Source: a virus (Duplodnaviria; Caudoviricetes). Taken from it: DNA of 64,000 bases. The notes under the pieces are model-generated. The model searched no databases, was not told the origin of the DNA, and worked only from the letters and a program-made list of their open reading frames with translations. Below are positions 20,981 through 30,853 of the stretch, in pieces. The DNA lies in IMG/VR virus record IMGVR_UViG_3300044551_000092, positions 1 to 64,000 of that record; one strand, given 5' to 3'. Numbering within the stretch: position 1 is the first letter of the stretch; the number at the start of each line of letters is the position of its first letter. The position numbers were made by a program, and so were the translations under genes.

Positions 20981-21667
20981 TTATTTCCAATTAGAGCGTA
21001 CAGTAAGCGTCTTTTGCTCAGGGACAAGCTCTATATAATCAGGCATATGCAGATTGGCATAATCATTTATCACGTTATCCAATGTATCGTTATAAATCTG
21101 TCTTTCCCGTTTTTTTGTTAGCTTCTTGCTTTTTTGTTCCGCTTCAGTTTTGATTTCATTTTCGGCGATGGCTTTTGCTTTTTTCTCAAGCTGTGCCATG
21201 ACCGACTTTTGATACAAAGCCTTGTCAAGCGGGGCGGGCTTTAAAAACTGATCTAGTTTGCCCAACTCTTTTAACTTGGTACGCAAGGCAATCTCGTTTT
21301 TAACGACAAAACGAGCCTTATGTGTCGTGTGGCTAATGGTTCCGACGTCGAGTACCGTCTTGCCATGCCGCGCAACGTATTGGTCAAGCAGAGAATCAAT
21401 CGAGTCGATATCCTTTTGCTTTTTATGGATCCGTTTATCCCACTCCGCAATAATTGCTTGTTTCATCTCTTTATACCGATCAGTTTCCTTCTGCAGGTGC
21501 AGCCGGGCAAGGAGGAGTTTCCGCACAAATTCTTGATCTAGATCAGGTCGGGCATAGACCCCTGCTTCTTCATTATTTTGCTGTATCTCAGCAATCAAAT
21601 CTTCGATCGAAGGCAAGGCTTCCTGGGCTTCAAGTTCAAACGCCTGATCTAGCATATTCATATTCAT
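20981..21667 (-). CDS. Host-nuclease-inhibitor (Mu Gam-like) protein
   Basis: Coiled coil then K.T.LDVGTIS; start moved downstream of the AGGAG RBS at 21684-21688. Confidence 0.6.
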   Translation of the reverse strand: MNMNMLDQAFELEAQEALPSIEDLIAEIQQNNEEAGVYARPDLDQEFVRKLLLARLHLQKETDRYKEMKQAIIAEWDKRIHKKQKDIDSIDSLLDQYVARHGKTVLDVGTISHTTHKARFVVKNEIALRTKLKELGKLDQFLKPAPLDKALYQKSVMAQLEKKAKAIAENEIKTEAEQKSKKLTKKRERQIYNDTLDNVINDYANLHMPDYIELVPEQKTLTVRSNWK

Positions 21668-21709
21668 TGCCAAAACAAACCAGCTCCTTATATAAGATTT
21701 CGCCAAACG

Positions 21710-21725
21710 CCTGCCGACAGGCAGG
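21710..21725 (-). promoter_or_regulatory. Recurrent hairpin motif copy 2 (CCTGCC-TGTC-GGCAGG)
   Basis: About 21 nt upstream of the RBS. Confidence 0.65.
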
Positions 21726-21759
21726 ATGTAAATCAACAGTAGTTTCTAAAAATTCAAGC

Positions 21760-22071
21760 TCATATTTTTTGACTTCCGAATTTGATGTTTATTTTTCCTG
21801 TTCCATTCATTTCAACTGGCACCTTTATCTGCTCTTGAGATGAGTTCTGATCCTCATTAGAACCGTCGGTAAAGAGTTTATTCACTGCATTAGTCGCTTG
21901 AACTAGCATTTTCAGGCTCTCTAAATCAGCTTTTGTTAATAAGTTTTCACCGCACTTGGGGCATGGTTTGTTTAGCCACTTATCATAATCTTTAAATTCG
22001 ACATCCGGTTCTTGATAATTGCAATGGTCACACTTTATTCCTTTTATATTTAATTTAACTGCTTTAGGCAT
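21760..22071 (-). CDS. Zn-ribbon phage protein
   Basis: IKCDHC...PCPKCGENLLT. Confidence 0.7.
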   Translation of the reverse strand: MPKAVKLNIKGIKCDHCNYQEPDVEFKDYDKWLNKPCPKCGENLLTKADLESLKMLVQATNAVNKLFTDGSNEDQNSSQEQIKVPVEMNGTGKINIKFGSQKI

Positions 22072-22169
22072 TTATTTTTCTCTCCTTCGCTTTAGCTGTC
22101 TACTGTTTCAGTTAATCTGTAAAATTTTCGAAATTAAAATTGTATAAGCTTTATAAGTTTTAACGGAAC

Positions 22170-22499
22170 CTAGTCTAGGCTAGTGGAATCATCTTTTGCA
22201 TGCTTTTTAGGCCTTGATGAATCTAAAATCATAGTATTAATGCTTAACCATTCCTCGTTATCAATCGTATCTAGATTTTGGAGCAATACGCCCATATCTT
22301 TTCCCGTAGGTAAATAATGCTCCTAATATTGTTTGTCAAAAGGAAGTTTTTTCAGTTCTTTATCAGAAACACGTAACGCATAAAGATTGTCATCATCAAG
22401 AGATGTATAAGTAGCGATAACGTGTAAATTAAACAAATGCTGTATGATATTTCTTAAATCTTCCGTGTCGCTTTTTTTGACTAAATGGTAATAATTAAT
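22170..22499 (-). pseudogene. Probable decayed gene with an in-frame TAG (22323-22325)
   Basis: GAGGTGA RBS, ATT start, 110-codon frame with one stop. Confidence 0.4.
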
Positions 22500-22660
22500 A
22501 ATGTGTCACCTCTATTCATTTATGCTTTGGAGGGGCTGGCGGCCGATGTTGTGTCGGTTTAGGTTTGATAAAAAAGGATCCACCTATCGGCTGTTCACCT
22601 GGCAATAAACAAATCAGTATGATTTCGGCAATAATGATGATAAAGAGAAAAAGTAACATA

Positions 22661-23203
22661 TCAAAAACCTTCTTCTTTTTTCAAGATTTCGGCAAAAATG
22701 GGCATCACATAATAAGCGATTTGCTTGTATCCTGCTGGATAGTCCGTGACCACCTCTACCTCCCAGCCGTCATAATGCTGGTCAACAATCCCCTGAATTT
22801 TTTCCTGCATAACCATTTCGGTATATCCATCGTTGTATGGATCACTCAAAAGGTCGTCTAATCCCTCCCACATTTCACGCACTGGACCTTCGTCAATTTC
22901 CCTGTTTCGCCGGTCTTTTAGTAAACGCTTTTTCCATGCTGTAATCGTCTTCTCAACATTAACGATCTGACTTAGACAAATCTTTTCGAGCAAGTATTCT
23001 GGATCATCAGCAAGCGCATGCACAATGAAATATTTAAACCCCCGATTCCCATAGGCTGGCCAACAATAACTAAAACTACCGAAAGACGAATAACAATTCA
23101 ATAACCCTGTGTCATCCAACGTAAAATCCGCCCAGTCGCCGGTATGCGTAAACTTGATATTATATTTTTCTGAAATACCTTTAGAAAAAACATAATTTGG
23201 CAT
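22661..23203 (-). CDS. Hypothetical phage protein
   Basis: 180-aa ORF. Confidence 0.65.
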   Translation of the reverse strand: MPNYVFSKGISEKYNIKFTHTGDWADFTLDDTGLLNCYSSFGSFSYCWPAYGNRGFKYFIVHALADDPEYLLEKICLSQIVNVEKTITAWKKRLLKDRRNREIDEGPVREMWEGLDDLLSDPYNDGYTEMVMQEKIQGIVDQHYDGWEVEVVTDYPAGYKQIAYYVMPIFAEILKKEEGF

Positions 23204-23214
23204 CTAATACATCT

Positions 23215-23751
23215 CTATTTCAGTTTCTTTTTTAGAAAATTAATTTGTTGAACGAGCATCTGAATGGTCTGAACATATGAGAGCAATACGTCGTATTCCA
23301 TCGTGACGTACTCGGTATGATCTCCCTTAAAACGGAACGGCAGGAAGAAATACTCGCGGTTCATTTCCTTAGCTTCTTTTCTCAACTGTTCTAGCCATTT
23401 TCTTTTTATAGTAATCTGTTTCTCTCCGTGAGCATCGACACTGTTGCGCTCTTTAAATTCGGCCAGGGCAGCCGTTAAGTCTTCCTCAGTAACCATGTCC
23501 CCCGGCATCGTCTTAATTGCTCCTGAGGCAATCTGACGCCTTGCAGCATCCTTAGCAAACCTCACGCGCTGATTATATTTAGCCGTCCCCCGATTTTCAA
23601 AGTCCATTCCCATCTTTTTTTCATGTTTTTTAGGAGCCCGCCGGCGGAGATAAGTCATTTCTTTTAAAGGCTGATACTGATTCTGATCAAAGCATTTAAA
23701 GCAACTTTTATTGGCGTTGGAACACTTATTAAATAAAGGACATTTTGACAT
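23215..23751 (-). CDS. PD-(D/E)xK Holliday-junction-resolvase-like nuclease with an N-terminal Cys cluster
   Basis: FE...RRQIASGA...GD...EFKE...ITIKRKWLEQLRKEA. Confidence 0.65.
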   Translation of the reverse strand: MSKCPLFNKCSNANKSCFKCFDQNQYQPLKEMTYLRRRAPKKHEKKMGMDFENRGTAKYNQRVRFAKDAARRQIASGAIKTMPGDMVTEEDLTAALAEFKERNSVDAHGEKQITIKRKWLEQLRKEAKEMNREYFFLPFRFKGDHTEYVTMEYDVLLSYVQTIQMLVQQINFLKKKLK

Positions 23752-23766
23752 GACAACACTACTTCC

Positions 23767-23976
23767 CTAATGCATACCTGGAAAAACAAACTCGTATAAG
23801 CCGGGGATATAATAATCAAGTTGACATATGGTATATTCGATGCCGTCATCATACCCCTGCTCATACATATCTCCCTCATGTTCCCATTTATGATGCGCTT
23901 CAGCCTGACGTTCTCTGATTCTCTGAAACACTTCATTGTTGGCGAGATTAATCTTTTTGGATCTCAAGTTGCTCAC
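23767..23976 (-). CDS. Hypothetical protein (paralogue of 10999-11331)
   Basis: Shared KWEHEGDM motif. Confidence 0.6.
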   Translation of the reverse strand: MSNLRSKKINLANNEVFQRIRERQAEAHHKWEHEGDMYEQGYDDGIEYTICQLDYYIPGLYEFVFPGMH

Positions 23977-24104
23977 CTCTTAATAGCAAGTTAAAAAATT
24001 TTTTCTACAAACAAGTGCCCACCAATCAATGGTAAAGTCGGTTCCAATAAGAAATCTATTTTTCATTCTTGATGAAAGTAATATGCCAACCATATTTACG
24101 ATAA

Positions 24105-24362
24105 TCAGACACTTTGCAGCTTCCAATCTCCAGAATTTAAGTTTTCTTGAATTTCATTTTCCTTGTAAACAACCGAGTCCCAACCTGTATCTCGCTCAGA
24201 ATCCATCCAAGTCACAATGAACAATTTTGGATCAACCGGATGCCGAATTGCCGTAAATTCATTTTTTTCATAAAGAGATTGAAAATCTAAACAATTTTTA
24301 TAACCATCGCTGCTGATCTGAAATTTAAAAAGGTCTTTTAATATAGGTTCCATACTAATCAC
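24105..24362 (-). CDS. Hypothetical protein
   Basis: Paralogous to 12300-12524. Confidence 0.6.
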   Translation of the reverse strand: MISMEPILKDLFKFQISSDGYKNCLDFQSLYEKNEFTAIRHPVDPKLFIVTWMDSERDTGWDSVVYKENEIQENLNSGDWKLQSV

Positions 24363-24667
24363 TCCACCTTGAGGATCATCATAAAATTTTTGTTTTCCGG
24401 AATCAGCGTAATATCCTTAAAAAATTCTCTATTGCTAGTGATATAACCAAAAGGGACTTTAAGTGAACGTGTACATAAACTATCCCAGGCGTTCTGAGCG
24501 TGTTTTCCATACGCTTTTATCCAAAAAGCTTTATCTCTTTTAGGTAATTCTTTCCACGTATAATTTAAAGCATCAAGGTCTCTAACATCACAAATTCGTT
24601 GCCAGTTGGGATGTTTATTACACCAATTTTCTGCTTGTTCTGCTGCTACTTGCGGAGAATCTAACAT
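24359..24667 (-). CDS. Hypothetical protein
   Basis: AAGGAG RBS. Confidence 0.6.
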   Translation of the reverse strand: MLDSPQVAAEQAENWCNKHPNWQRICDVRDLDALNYTWKELPKRDKAFWIKAYGKHAQNAWDSLCTRSLKVPFGYITSNREFFKDITLIPENKNFMMILKVE

Positions 24668-24719
24668 ACAAAAAATTCTCCTTTCTTGTTTTGTGAAAAA
24701 ATTTGGGAATCAACAATTT

Positions 24720-25295
24720 TTAATCAAACTTATAAACTTCGATATCAATTAATCCTTGGAGTAAATCTTGTTTTCCAATATTAAAATCTGTTGGTGCCCC
24801 ATAATCGTCCACGGCAATTACATGATAATCTTGCCCCTCAACTCTACTCTTTTCGATTCCGTCTTCGACCATGCCTTTACTATTTTCACAAATTTCATCT
24901 AGTAGATTATTCAGATCCATATTAAGGAATGAGGCAGATCTATCCTCAGTTTTTAATTTATGGTCTAAATAGATTGTATTGCAATCAATAATAAACTTGA
25001 GGCGAATAGACATGGTCCCTTTTGCATCCGCTGAATAAACACTATTATCGAGCTTTTGATAATCTTGATTTACTAATGGCAGATAATAATCAGTCACCCG
25101 ACATTTTTCATATGTCACAACATGTGGAACAAGAAGCTTTACATATTTTTTTACTTTTTCTTGCGCTGTTTTGTCATCGGAAAAAATAACGTATCCATCA
25201 TCATAGACGCGTTTGACCCAAACGCTTACAGTTTTGTGATGTCTTGCCCAGTTAAGATACTGGTGAACATAATCCTTATAAGCGAATTTAATCAT
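24720..25295 (-). CDS. Hypothetical protein
   Basis: Start moved to MIKFAY behind a GAGGGG RBS. Confidence 0.6.
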   Translation of the reverse strand: MIKFAYKDYVHQYLNWARHHKTVSVWVKRVYDDGYVIFSDDKTAQEKVKKYVKLLVPHVVTYEKCRVTDYYLPLVNQDYQKLDNSVYSADAKGTMSIRLKFIIDCNTIYLDHKLKTEDRSASFLNMDLNNLLDEICENSKGMVEDGIEKSRVEGQDYHVIAVDDYGAPTDFNIGKQDLLQGLIDIEVYKFD

Positions 25296-25878
25296 GGTCA
25301 ACGTTCCCCTCTGTTGCTTGTGTATCTGGATGAAACATATTGTCGAAAATAGATCCTGAATCATTCAATTGGTACCAATTCCAGAACAGTTCCATGGCCT
25401 CATCCGTATCTTTAATCGTTTTTGGTGACCAAAATGCCTGTTTCTGTTGGTTAACTTTAATTCGTTTTATCTGAGTATAGTCAGCAAACAATGATAAATT
25501 CTTTTTTTCTTTTAAGGCCTTTAATGTTGTTTTTTTAACAAATCTTGATTTATCTGCACTGAAAGGAAAACCTTCCAGTTTTTTGATTCTCGTTTCATGA
25601 AAATGTTCATATAAGCCATTGGCAATGAAAATGATAATATGTCTATTTTTCTGTGGTGGTATTGAAAACACCTGTTCAATGAGTCCTTCAAAATCCGTAT
25701 TAGCTATTTCAAGTAAGTCTAAAAAACCATAAACGTTTTTATCATGCAATTTCTTTAGTGATTCAAATAGATCTTTATTCTCTGTTAGATTCTTTTGATC
25801 GATACTATTAGATAAAGCTTCCAATAAAACGCGGATAGACTGTTTAGTGTCTTCTCTGCTTTTTCCCATATACTCCAC
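25288..25878 (-). CDS. Hypothetical protein
   Basis: 196-aa ORF. Confidence 0.6.
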   Translation of the reverse strand: MEYMGKSREDTKQSIRVLLEALSNSIDQKNLTENKDLFESLKKLHDKNVYGFLDLLEIANTDFEGLIEQVFSIPPQKNRHIIIFIANGLYEHFHETRIKKLEGFPFSADKSRFVKKTTLKALKEKKNLSLFADYTQIKRIKVNQQKQAFWSPKTIKDTDEAMELFWNWYQLNDSGSIFDNMFHPDTQATEGNVDHD

Positions 25879-25948
25879 ATCTCTCTATTGATTTTTTTAT
25901 GCTGCTCCCCTAAGATAAAATAAATAATCTCAGTAAAGGAAATTAAAA

Positions 25949-26167
25949 ATGAAAAAAACCTTTATTATTTATCCTAAAACAAAAATTGATAAGAATGATC
26001 CACACATTCATGTCATTAATGCCCCGATAAAAGAAAGGCTACACGCCTATATTACCGGATATAAAGAGGATTACCGAGAATTGCCGTCAAAAGAGAAATT
26101 GATGTCACTATTCAAGATTTCGAAAAGAGATGCTGAAATAGCATTGCTTATTTTTGAAGCTGAATAA
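25949..26167 (+). CDS. Small HTH-like hypothetical protein (counter-oriented)
   Basis: AAGGA RBS; LPSKEKLMSLFKISKRDA. Confidence 0.5.
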   Translation: MKKTFIIYPKTKIDKNDPHIHVINAPIKERLHAYITGYKEDYRELPSKEKLMSLFKISKRDAEIALLIFEAE

Positions 26168-26177
26168 TAAATATTCA

Positions 26178-26639
26178 TCACCCAGGAATCAGGCGCTGCT
26201 CAATGCTTAACAAACTATTCCAGGTTATCTTGGCACCGGCTTTCATGTCGAGAACTTTAACACAGCTTTTCAGTGCATCATAATACCAGCCAAAGTGATC
26301 GGCTAAATCTAACAGATTAATAGAATGAGATGAATCAGTTGGATTTGGATATGCTCGTGCCATTTGAATACCGCCAGCACGACGCTGTGCTTCGTTTTTC
26401 CCCCCATAGTAATCTTTTAAGACGCTGTCTAAAAAAGCGTCAATAGCCTCTTTGTTTCGCTGGGCTCGCGCAAAATCGAACTGTACGTCGGCATATAAAC
26501 GGTCTAGCTCACGGTTAAAATGATACAACGATTCGGTGGTGTGGTCGGCTGGAATAGTTAAAGCCTTAATTCTTGTTTGGTAGTCAAGAATTAAGGCTTC
26601 CCACTCCTGAGGATCTTCCCTTAACAATCGCTGAAGCAT
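26178..26639 (-). CDS. Hypothetical helical protein
   Basis: GAGGTGA RBS. Confidence 0.65.
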   Translation of the reverse strand: MLQRLLREDPQEWEALILDYQTRIKALTIPADHTTESLYHFNRELDRLYADVQFDFARAQRNKEAIDAFLDSVLKDYYGGKNEAQRRAGGIQMARAYPNPTDSSHSINLLDLADHFGWYYDALKSCVKVLDMKAGAKITWNSLLSIEQRLIPG

Positions 26640-26648
26640 GGCTTCACC

Positions 26649-27257
26649 TCATTTATCTTTGTTAATTTTAAATCCAAATGCGATGACATCGTCCCTTACT
26701 TTCACGGTCGAAATAATTCTGCTTTCGACGCCAGGGATTTTGCCTTCATAACTTTTTAATACTTCTCTTAAGTTTTTAATTATTTCTTCTTTCTCATCCA
26801 ATTCTTTCTTTAGGTGTGCTAACTCTTTATCTTTATCAGTTTTTGATAAAAGCTGAACAGTTTCTTTCAATTTTGTAATTTCTCCATCCTTAGTTTGTAA
26901 CATTTCCCGCATTTGAGTTGAAATTTTTGCGGCAAAATGATCAAATTTTTCGATGTCTCTCAAAAACGGATGACTGGTGTAAAACTGATCGGGTAAACCT
27001 AAAAGAACGACTTTATTTTTTGTGTTTTTCCCGGCAGTTGTTATAATTTTTATAGCATTAAATCTAGTCAATTTCTGAAATGCACGATGAACTGTAGCGA
27101 TACTGACACCAACTTCTTCGGCTACGTTACGCATCGAAAATTCAAACTCGTTATTCTTTTTGACATTAGCTTGGCTTTTCAGCCATTCATAAATCTTTTT
27201 TTCTTTATCCGATAAGTTATCAAGTACATTTTGATCTGACAAGTATTTTCCCTCCAT
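26649..27257 (-). CDS. Winged-HTH plus coiled-coil regulator
   Basis: SMRNVAEEVGVSIATVHRAFQKL. Confidence 0.8.
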   Translation of the reverse strand: MEGKYLSDQNVLDNLSDKEKKIYEWLKSQANVKKNNEFEFSMRNVAEEVGVSIATVHRAFQKLTRFNAIKIITTAGKNTKNKVVLLGLPDQFYTSHPFLRDIEKFDHFAAKISTQMREMLQTKDGEITKLKETVQLLSKTDKDKELAHLKKELDEKEEIIKNLREVLKSYEGKIPGVESRIISTVKVRDDVIAFGFKINKDK

Positions 27258-27396
27258 TGACTATAATTAATATTTTATTTAATATTATTTTATATCAACG
27301 GGAGAAAAAATGAAACGAAGTCCTATACTGCACTAAGTGTTTTGTTTAACTAACTTTTTCTCCCGCATTCTAAATGTTACACAAAAAATCATTGCA

Positions 27397-28029
27397 TTAA
27401 ACATGAATTTGAACCTCCCTGTGCAATTTAATTCGACTCCTTGCAACTGAAAAGTAATCGTTCAGTAAAGATTCATTGTTATTTCGAATTTCCGAAAGAG
27501 AATAACCAACTAATAGATCAATTCCATTTGCCAGGGTAATGCCTGCACCAGGATAAAACGAATTGAGTTGATTAAAAAAGGGGCGCCCAACAGTAGGCCC
27601 TAAGGCAACCGCAACGTCGGGGTGTACAATAATCATTTCATCTAATAAAAAATGAAAACATTTTTCGACATCTACAGACGCCTCACATTTTACAACACTT
27701 GTTAAATAAACATCATCAAGGAATCTGGATTGTTTCAAATTTTTCAATAAAAATCTTCCATCCTGCGTTTCACTGGAAAGACTACTTGGCTTGTCTGTGA
27801 TGACCATTAAATGGGCTTGAAAATTACAGAATGGAACTGTTTTTTGATAATGATTCAATGGACAAGCTCGACAAGCAAAAACCCGCGTTTTTAATTCAAA
27901 AGGCGCATAATATTTCTTAATAGCTTCCCCTTCTTCTGCTCCTTGAGTTTGAAAAACTCGATCAAGAAACATAGGACGTTTTTGAATTATTTGTGTTTCT
28001 TTATCAAAAGGATCTCCCATAGAACTCAC
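27397..28029 (-). CDS. Uracil-DNA glycosylase family 4-like, degenerate active site
   Basis: CRACPL, VYLTSVVKC, C..FL..E...V.P.V.VALG; TDKPS in place of GE(G/A)PG. Confidence 0.7.
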   Translation of the reverse strand: MSSMGDPFDKETQIIQKRPMFLDRVFQTQGAEEGEAIKKYYAPFELKTRVFACRACPLNHYQKTVPFCNFQAHLMVITDKPSSLSSETQDGRFLLKNLKQSRFLDDVYLTSVVKCEASVDVEKCFHFLLDEMIIVHPDVAVALGPTVGRPFFNQLNSFYPGAGITLANGIDLLVGYSLSEIRNNNESLLNDYFSVARSRIKLHREVQIHV

Positions 28030-29138
28030 TCCTCTTGATTAAGTAAATCAGGTTGTGTTTCTTCTTGTTTTTCTTGCTTTTCATCTATAAATTTAGCATC
28101 TTTAGGAATGAAACCTTGCACGATATTATTCACATATTGAAACAAGGCCGGACTGTTTTTCATGACGCTAATGACGTTATCTTTTCCCATCCATTTTAGT
28201 TCATTTCCACAGCTATCCTTAGCTGGATTTTTAGTATCTTCGCCAATAAAATACCAGGCGCCGGCACGTTTGATAATCCCTTGATCTATGGCAACTTCAA
28301 CGATATTTTTCTGTGTATCAAAGAGCGTGTCAAAATAATAATCAACTTCGGCAGAAGTGAACGGCCGAGCAACTTTATTTTTCTTAATATTAAAAGTCAT
28401 TGTTTGACCAATCACAGCGGTACCCTGTTTAATAGGTCTACTGCGAACGTCCATACGAACAGTAGCAAAAAATTTTAATGCACGTCCGCCCGGTGTCGTT
28501 TCGGGGTTGCCATATCTTACACCAAGTTTTTCTCTGATCTGATTAATAAAAATAACCAGTACGTTATTCTCAGCAGCGATGCCTTTCATCCGATTAATGC
28601 CTTTACCGATCATACGTGCCTGCGTCCCCATTGTCTGATCTTCATTGCTGCCTTCAAGATCTTTTTTGGGAACCAAAGCAGCTACGCTATCAAAGACAAC
28701 AATACCGCATCGACCAGATAGAATCGACGCTTCGGCTAAATCCAACGCCTGCTCCCCATAATCGGGTTGATTAATGTTCATACCCGTTTCATCGGAGACG
28801 TCGACGCCTAATTTGGCAATATGATAGGGATCTAGTGTGTGCTCGGCATCGATATAGACAACTTCGGGCTTCTCATTAAAGGGATGATCTTTTTTCTTTG
28901 AAAGCGTCTGATATTCATGAATGATCTGTAAACAGGTCGTCGTCTTTCCGGAGGATTCAGGTCCGTAGATTTCGACGATCCGTCCCCACGGCATGCCGCC
29001 GATACCAAGCGCCAAGTCCAGGCTTGGAATGCCTGTTGTAACTGGTTGAATAGCCACCATATGGTTATCGTCCAACGTATAGAGGGTACCGGCGCCCATT
29101 TTTTTGTTCATCATAGAAGTGAATTTTCGGCTCATCAA
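28026..29138 (-). CDS. recA: Recombinase A (phage copy)
   Basis: GRIVEIYGPESSGKTT, DSVAALVP, INQIREKLGV.YGNPETTPGGRALKF. Confidence 0.96.
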   Translation of the reverse strand: MMSRKFTSMMNKKMGAGTLYTLDDNHMVAIQPVTTGIPSLDLALGIGGMPWGRIVEIYGPESSGKTTTCLQIIHEYQTLSKKKDHPFNEKPEVVYIDAEHTLDPYHIAKLGVDVSDETGMNINQPDYGEQALDLAEASILSGRCGIVVFDSVAALVPKKDLEGSNEDQTMGTQARMIGKGINRMKGIAAENNVLVIFINQIREKLGVRYGNPETTPGGRALKFFATVRMDVRSRPIKQGTAVIGQTMTFNIKKNKVARPFTSAEVDYYFDTLFDTQKNIVEVAIDQGIIKRAGAWYFIGEDTKNPAKDSCGNELKWMGKDNVISVMKNSPALFQYVNNIVQGFIPKDAKFIDEKQEKQEETQPDLLNQEE

Positions 29139-29497
29139 TTAACCCCCTTATATGACTCAATAAATTCTTTTAAAGATTTTCGAATAATTTCAAGACGATT
29201 AACTGCATCAATGATTTCCTGATAATCTGCAAGATCCTGATCGGTATTCTCTAATTGTTTAGATAACTGGCGTCCACGCAAGAGAATATGCTGATAGAAT
29301 CCTTCAGCATCCTTTGCTAACATATGGTCCTGATGATCTTTAAAACGCTGTATAGTATTCAATAGAGTCTCATTAACCATCTGGATCATACGAACTTTTG
29401 CACCAACGTCATTCATACCTTTATCAATAAAATACTCATACATCCCGTAAAGATAGCGATACAGGCCAGTCTCGACCTTTGGATGATTTCTGGCCAT
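29135..29497 (-). CDS. Hypothetical protein
   Basis: Coupled to recA. Confidence 0.65.
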   Translation of the reverse strand: MARNHPKVETGLYRYLYGMYEYFIDKGMNDVGAKVRMIQMVNETLLNTIQRFKDHQDHMLAKDAEGFYQHILLRGRQLSKQLENTDQDLADYQEIIDAVNRLEIIRKSLKEFIESYKGVN

Positions 29498-29513
29498 CTT
29501 TGCCCTTCTTTCT

Positions 29514-29546
29514 CAAAAAAATAAAAGGAGTGTTATACTCCTCTTT
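29514..29546 (-). terminator. Intrinsic terminator after ssb
   Basis: AGGAGT-ATAAC-ACTCCT followed by a T-run. Confidence 0.6.
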
Positions 29547-29549
29547 AAT

Positions 29550-30245
29550 TTATCTAAATCCGCCACCTACGGCTTGCTGGGGCGCACCAAACGGAGCACC
29601 GAAGTTACCTTGCTGAGGAGCGCCAAAATTACCCTGAGGCGCCTGCTGAGGCATCTGTTGATATGGTGGCTGCGTCTGCGGGGCATTGTATCCACCGCGA
29701 GCCTGCTGCTGCGGTTGAGAATTACCGCCGGCATTTTTATTATCTTGTTGAAAAGGACCGCCATCAATCAGCTGTGCTCGTACGGTCGGATACGTGTCGT
29801 AGACTGCATGACCGTTCTGGTCGGCAACGTCTTGGCCATTATTCTGCCGTCTACGACGGTTTAAGATTGCGGTGCCGGACACGGTAATATGACGGCCCTT
29901 ATGGCAACTGTTCATGAAGAAATCATGTTTACCAGAGTTTTGTCCGGAACCGGCCCAAACTTCAATCGTCCAAAAATCAGTTGATCCATCGGCGTGATTT
30001 ACAGCCAATGTATTTACGGCTACTTTACTTTGCCCTACCATTTTGGATTCGGATTCTTTAGTAAGATAACCCGTCAATACGATTTGTGACAAACCAATTG
30101 GGCCGCGCTGTTGCTGCTGATTACCACCGCCCTGAAAATTACGCTGATTGAAGTTAGTTCTCTGTTGCTGAAAATTATTCTGCTGACCGAAACTCTGTTG
30201 CTGTTGAAAACCGCCGCCATTAAAACCATTTTGTTGAAAAGCCAT
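29550..30245 (-). CDS. ssb: Single-stranded DNA-binding protein with Q/N/G-rich ends
   Basis: IVLTGYLTKE, TLAVN, TDFWTIEVW, KGRHITVSG. Confidence 0.85.
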   Translation of the reverse strand: MAFQQNGFNGGGFQQQQSFGQQNNFQQQRTNFNQRNFQGGGNQQQQRGPIGLSQIVLTGYLTKESESKMVGQSKVAVNTLAVNHADGSTDFWTIEVWAGSGQNSGKHDFFMNSCHKGRHITVSGTAILNRRRRQNNGQDVADQNGHAVYDTYPTVRAQLIDGGPFQQDNKNAGGNSQPQQQARGGYNAPQTQPPYQQMPQQAPQGNFGAPQQGNFGAPFGAPQQAVGGGFR

Positions 30246-30284
30246 GAAAAATCATCTCCGTTTTTATTTTGTAACGCACTTCAT

Positions 30285-30298
30285 CTACCGACAGGTAG
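30285..30298 (-). promoter_or_regulatory. Recurrent hairpin motif copy 3 (CTACC-TGTC-GGTAG)
   Basis: Compensatory A-T pair; 40 nt upstream of the ssb start. Confidence 0.65.
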
Positions 30299-30491
30299 CC
30301 TTATTTTTTTCTGCATATTCTAAGAAAAATAAGACTTCACGATTGACTACACGAATTTTATTAATCACAAACAGATGATAATTCCCATCTATCGTTTGAG
30401 CCTGAAGTTTCATACCTTTAAAAAGTGTTCGGTTATCTGGATATTTAAAAGGCGTCCGACTACCGTCCGGATAAACAAAAATATTTCTCAT
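30285..30491 (-). CDS. Hypothetical protein
   Basis: AAGAGGAG RBS; ATGA overlap with the previous gene. Confidence 0.55.
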   Translation of the reverse strand: MRNIFVYPDGSRTPFKYPDNRTLFKGMKLQAQTIDGNYHLFVINKIRVVNREVLFFLEYAEKNKATCR

Positions 30492-30850
30492 AAGATAGAC
30501 TCCTCTTTATCCAATGCATCAACATTGTAAGCATAAAGCGAAGGATTTCGTTGATTATCATGAGAAATTAAAATGTCTAAATAACCACTAAATAAAAGTA
30601 ATCGGCCTTTTTGAAAGAGTTCTTCAAAGCTGTCATACAAAAGCGGTGAAGCATAGACGGGAAAATGTCCAACTCCATCATCAACTTGGAACATATAATT
30701 TAACGGGACTGATTCTCTGAAAACGGGTACCTGTGAAATAATAATGCCTCCCATTGTAACATCTTCCCGTGTTTCGCCTTTTGTCTTAAGTTCTTCAGAA
30801 AAATAGGTTACCTTTCCCTTAAGAAGCGAGACAATCTTTTTAGTCTCCAA
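30488..30850 (-). CDS. Stand-alone OB-fold resembling the DnaE C-terminal OB domain
   Basis: VTMGGII...MFQVDDGVG...Y...G.LLL.SG. Confidence 0.55.
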   Translation of the reverse strand: METKKIVSLLKGKVTYFSEELKTKGETREDVTMGGIIISQVPVFRESVPLNYMFQVDDGVGHFPVYASPLLYDSFEELFQKGRLLLFSGYLDILISHDNQRNPSLYAYNVDALDKEESIL

Positions 30851-30853
30851 TGT

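Noticed and set aside
22583-22590. Reverse-orientation CCTATCGG
   Set aside because: Only a 2-bp perfect stem and no suitable downstream gene
22517-22663. Open hydrophobic frame after the TGA of 22661-23203
   Set aside because: Could be a read-through TM tail, but is equally explained by a decayed small gene; no independent support
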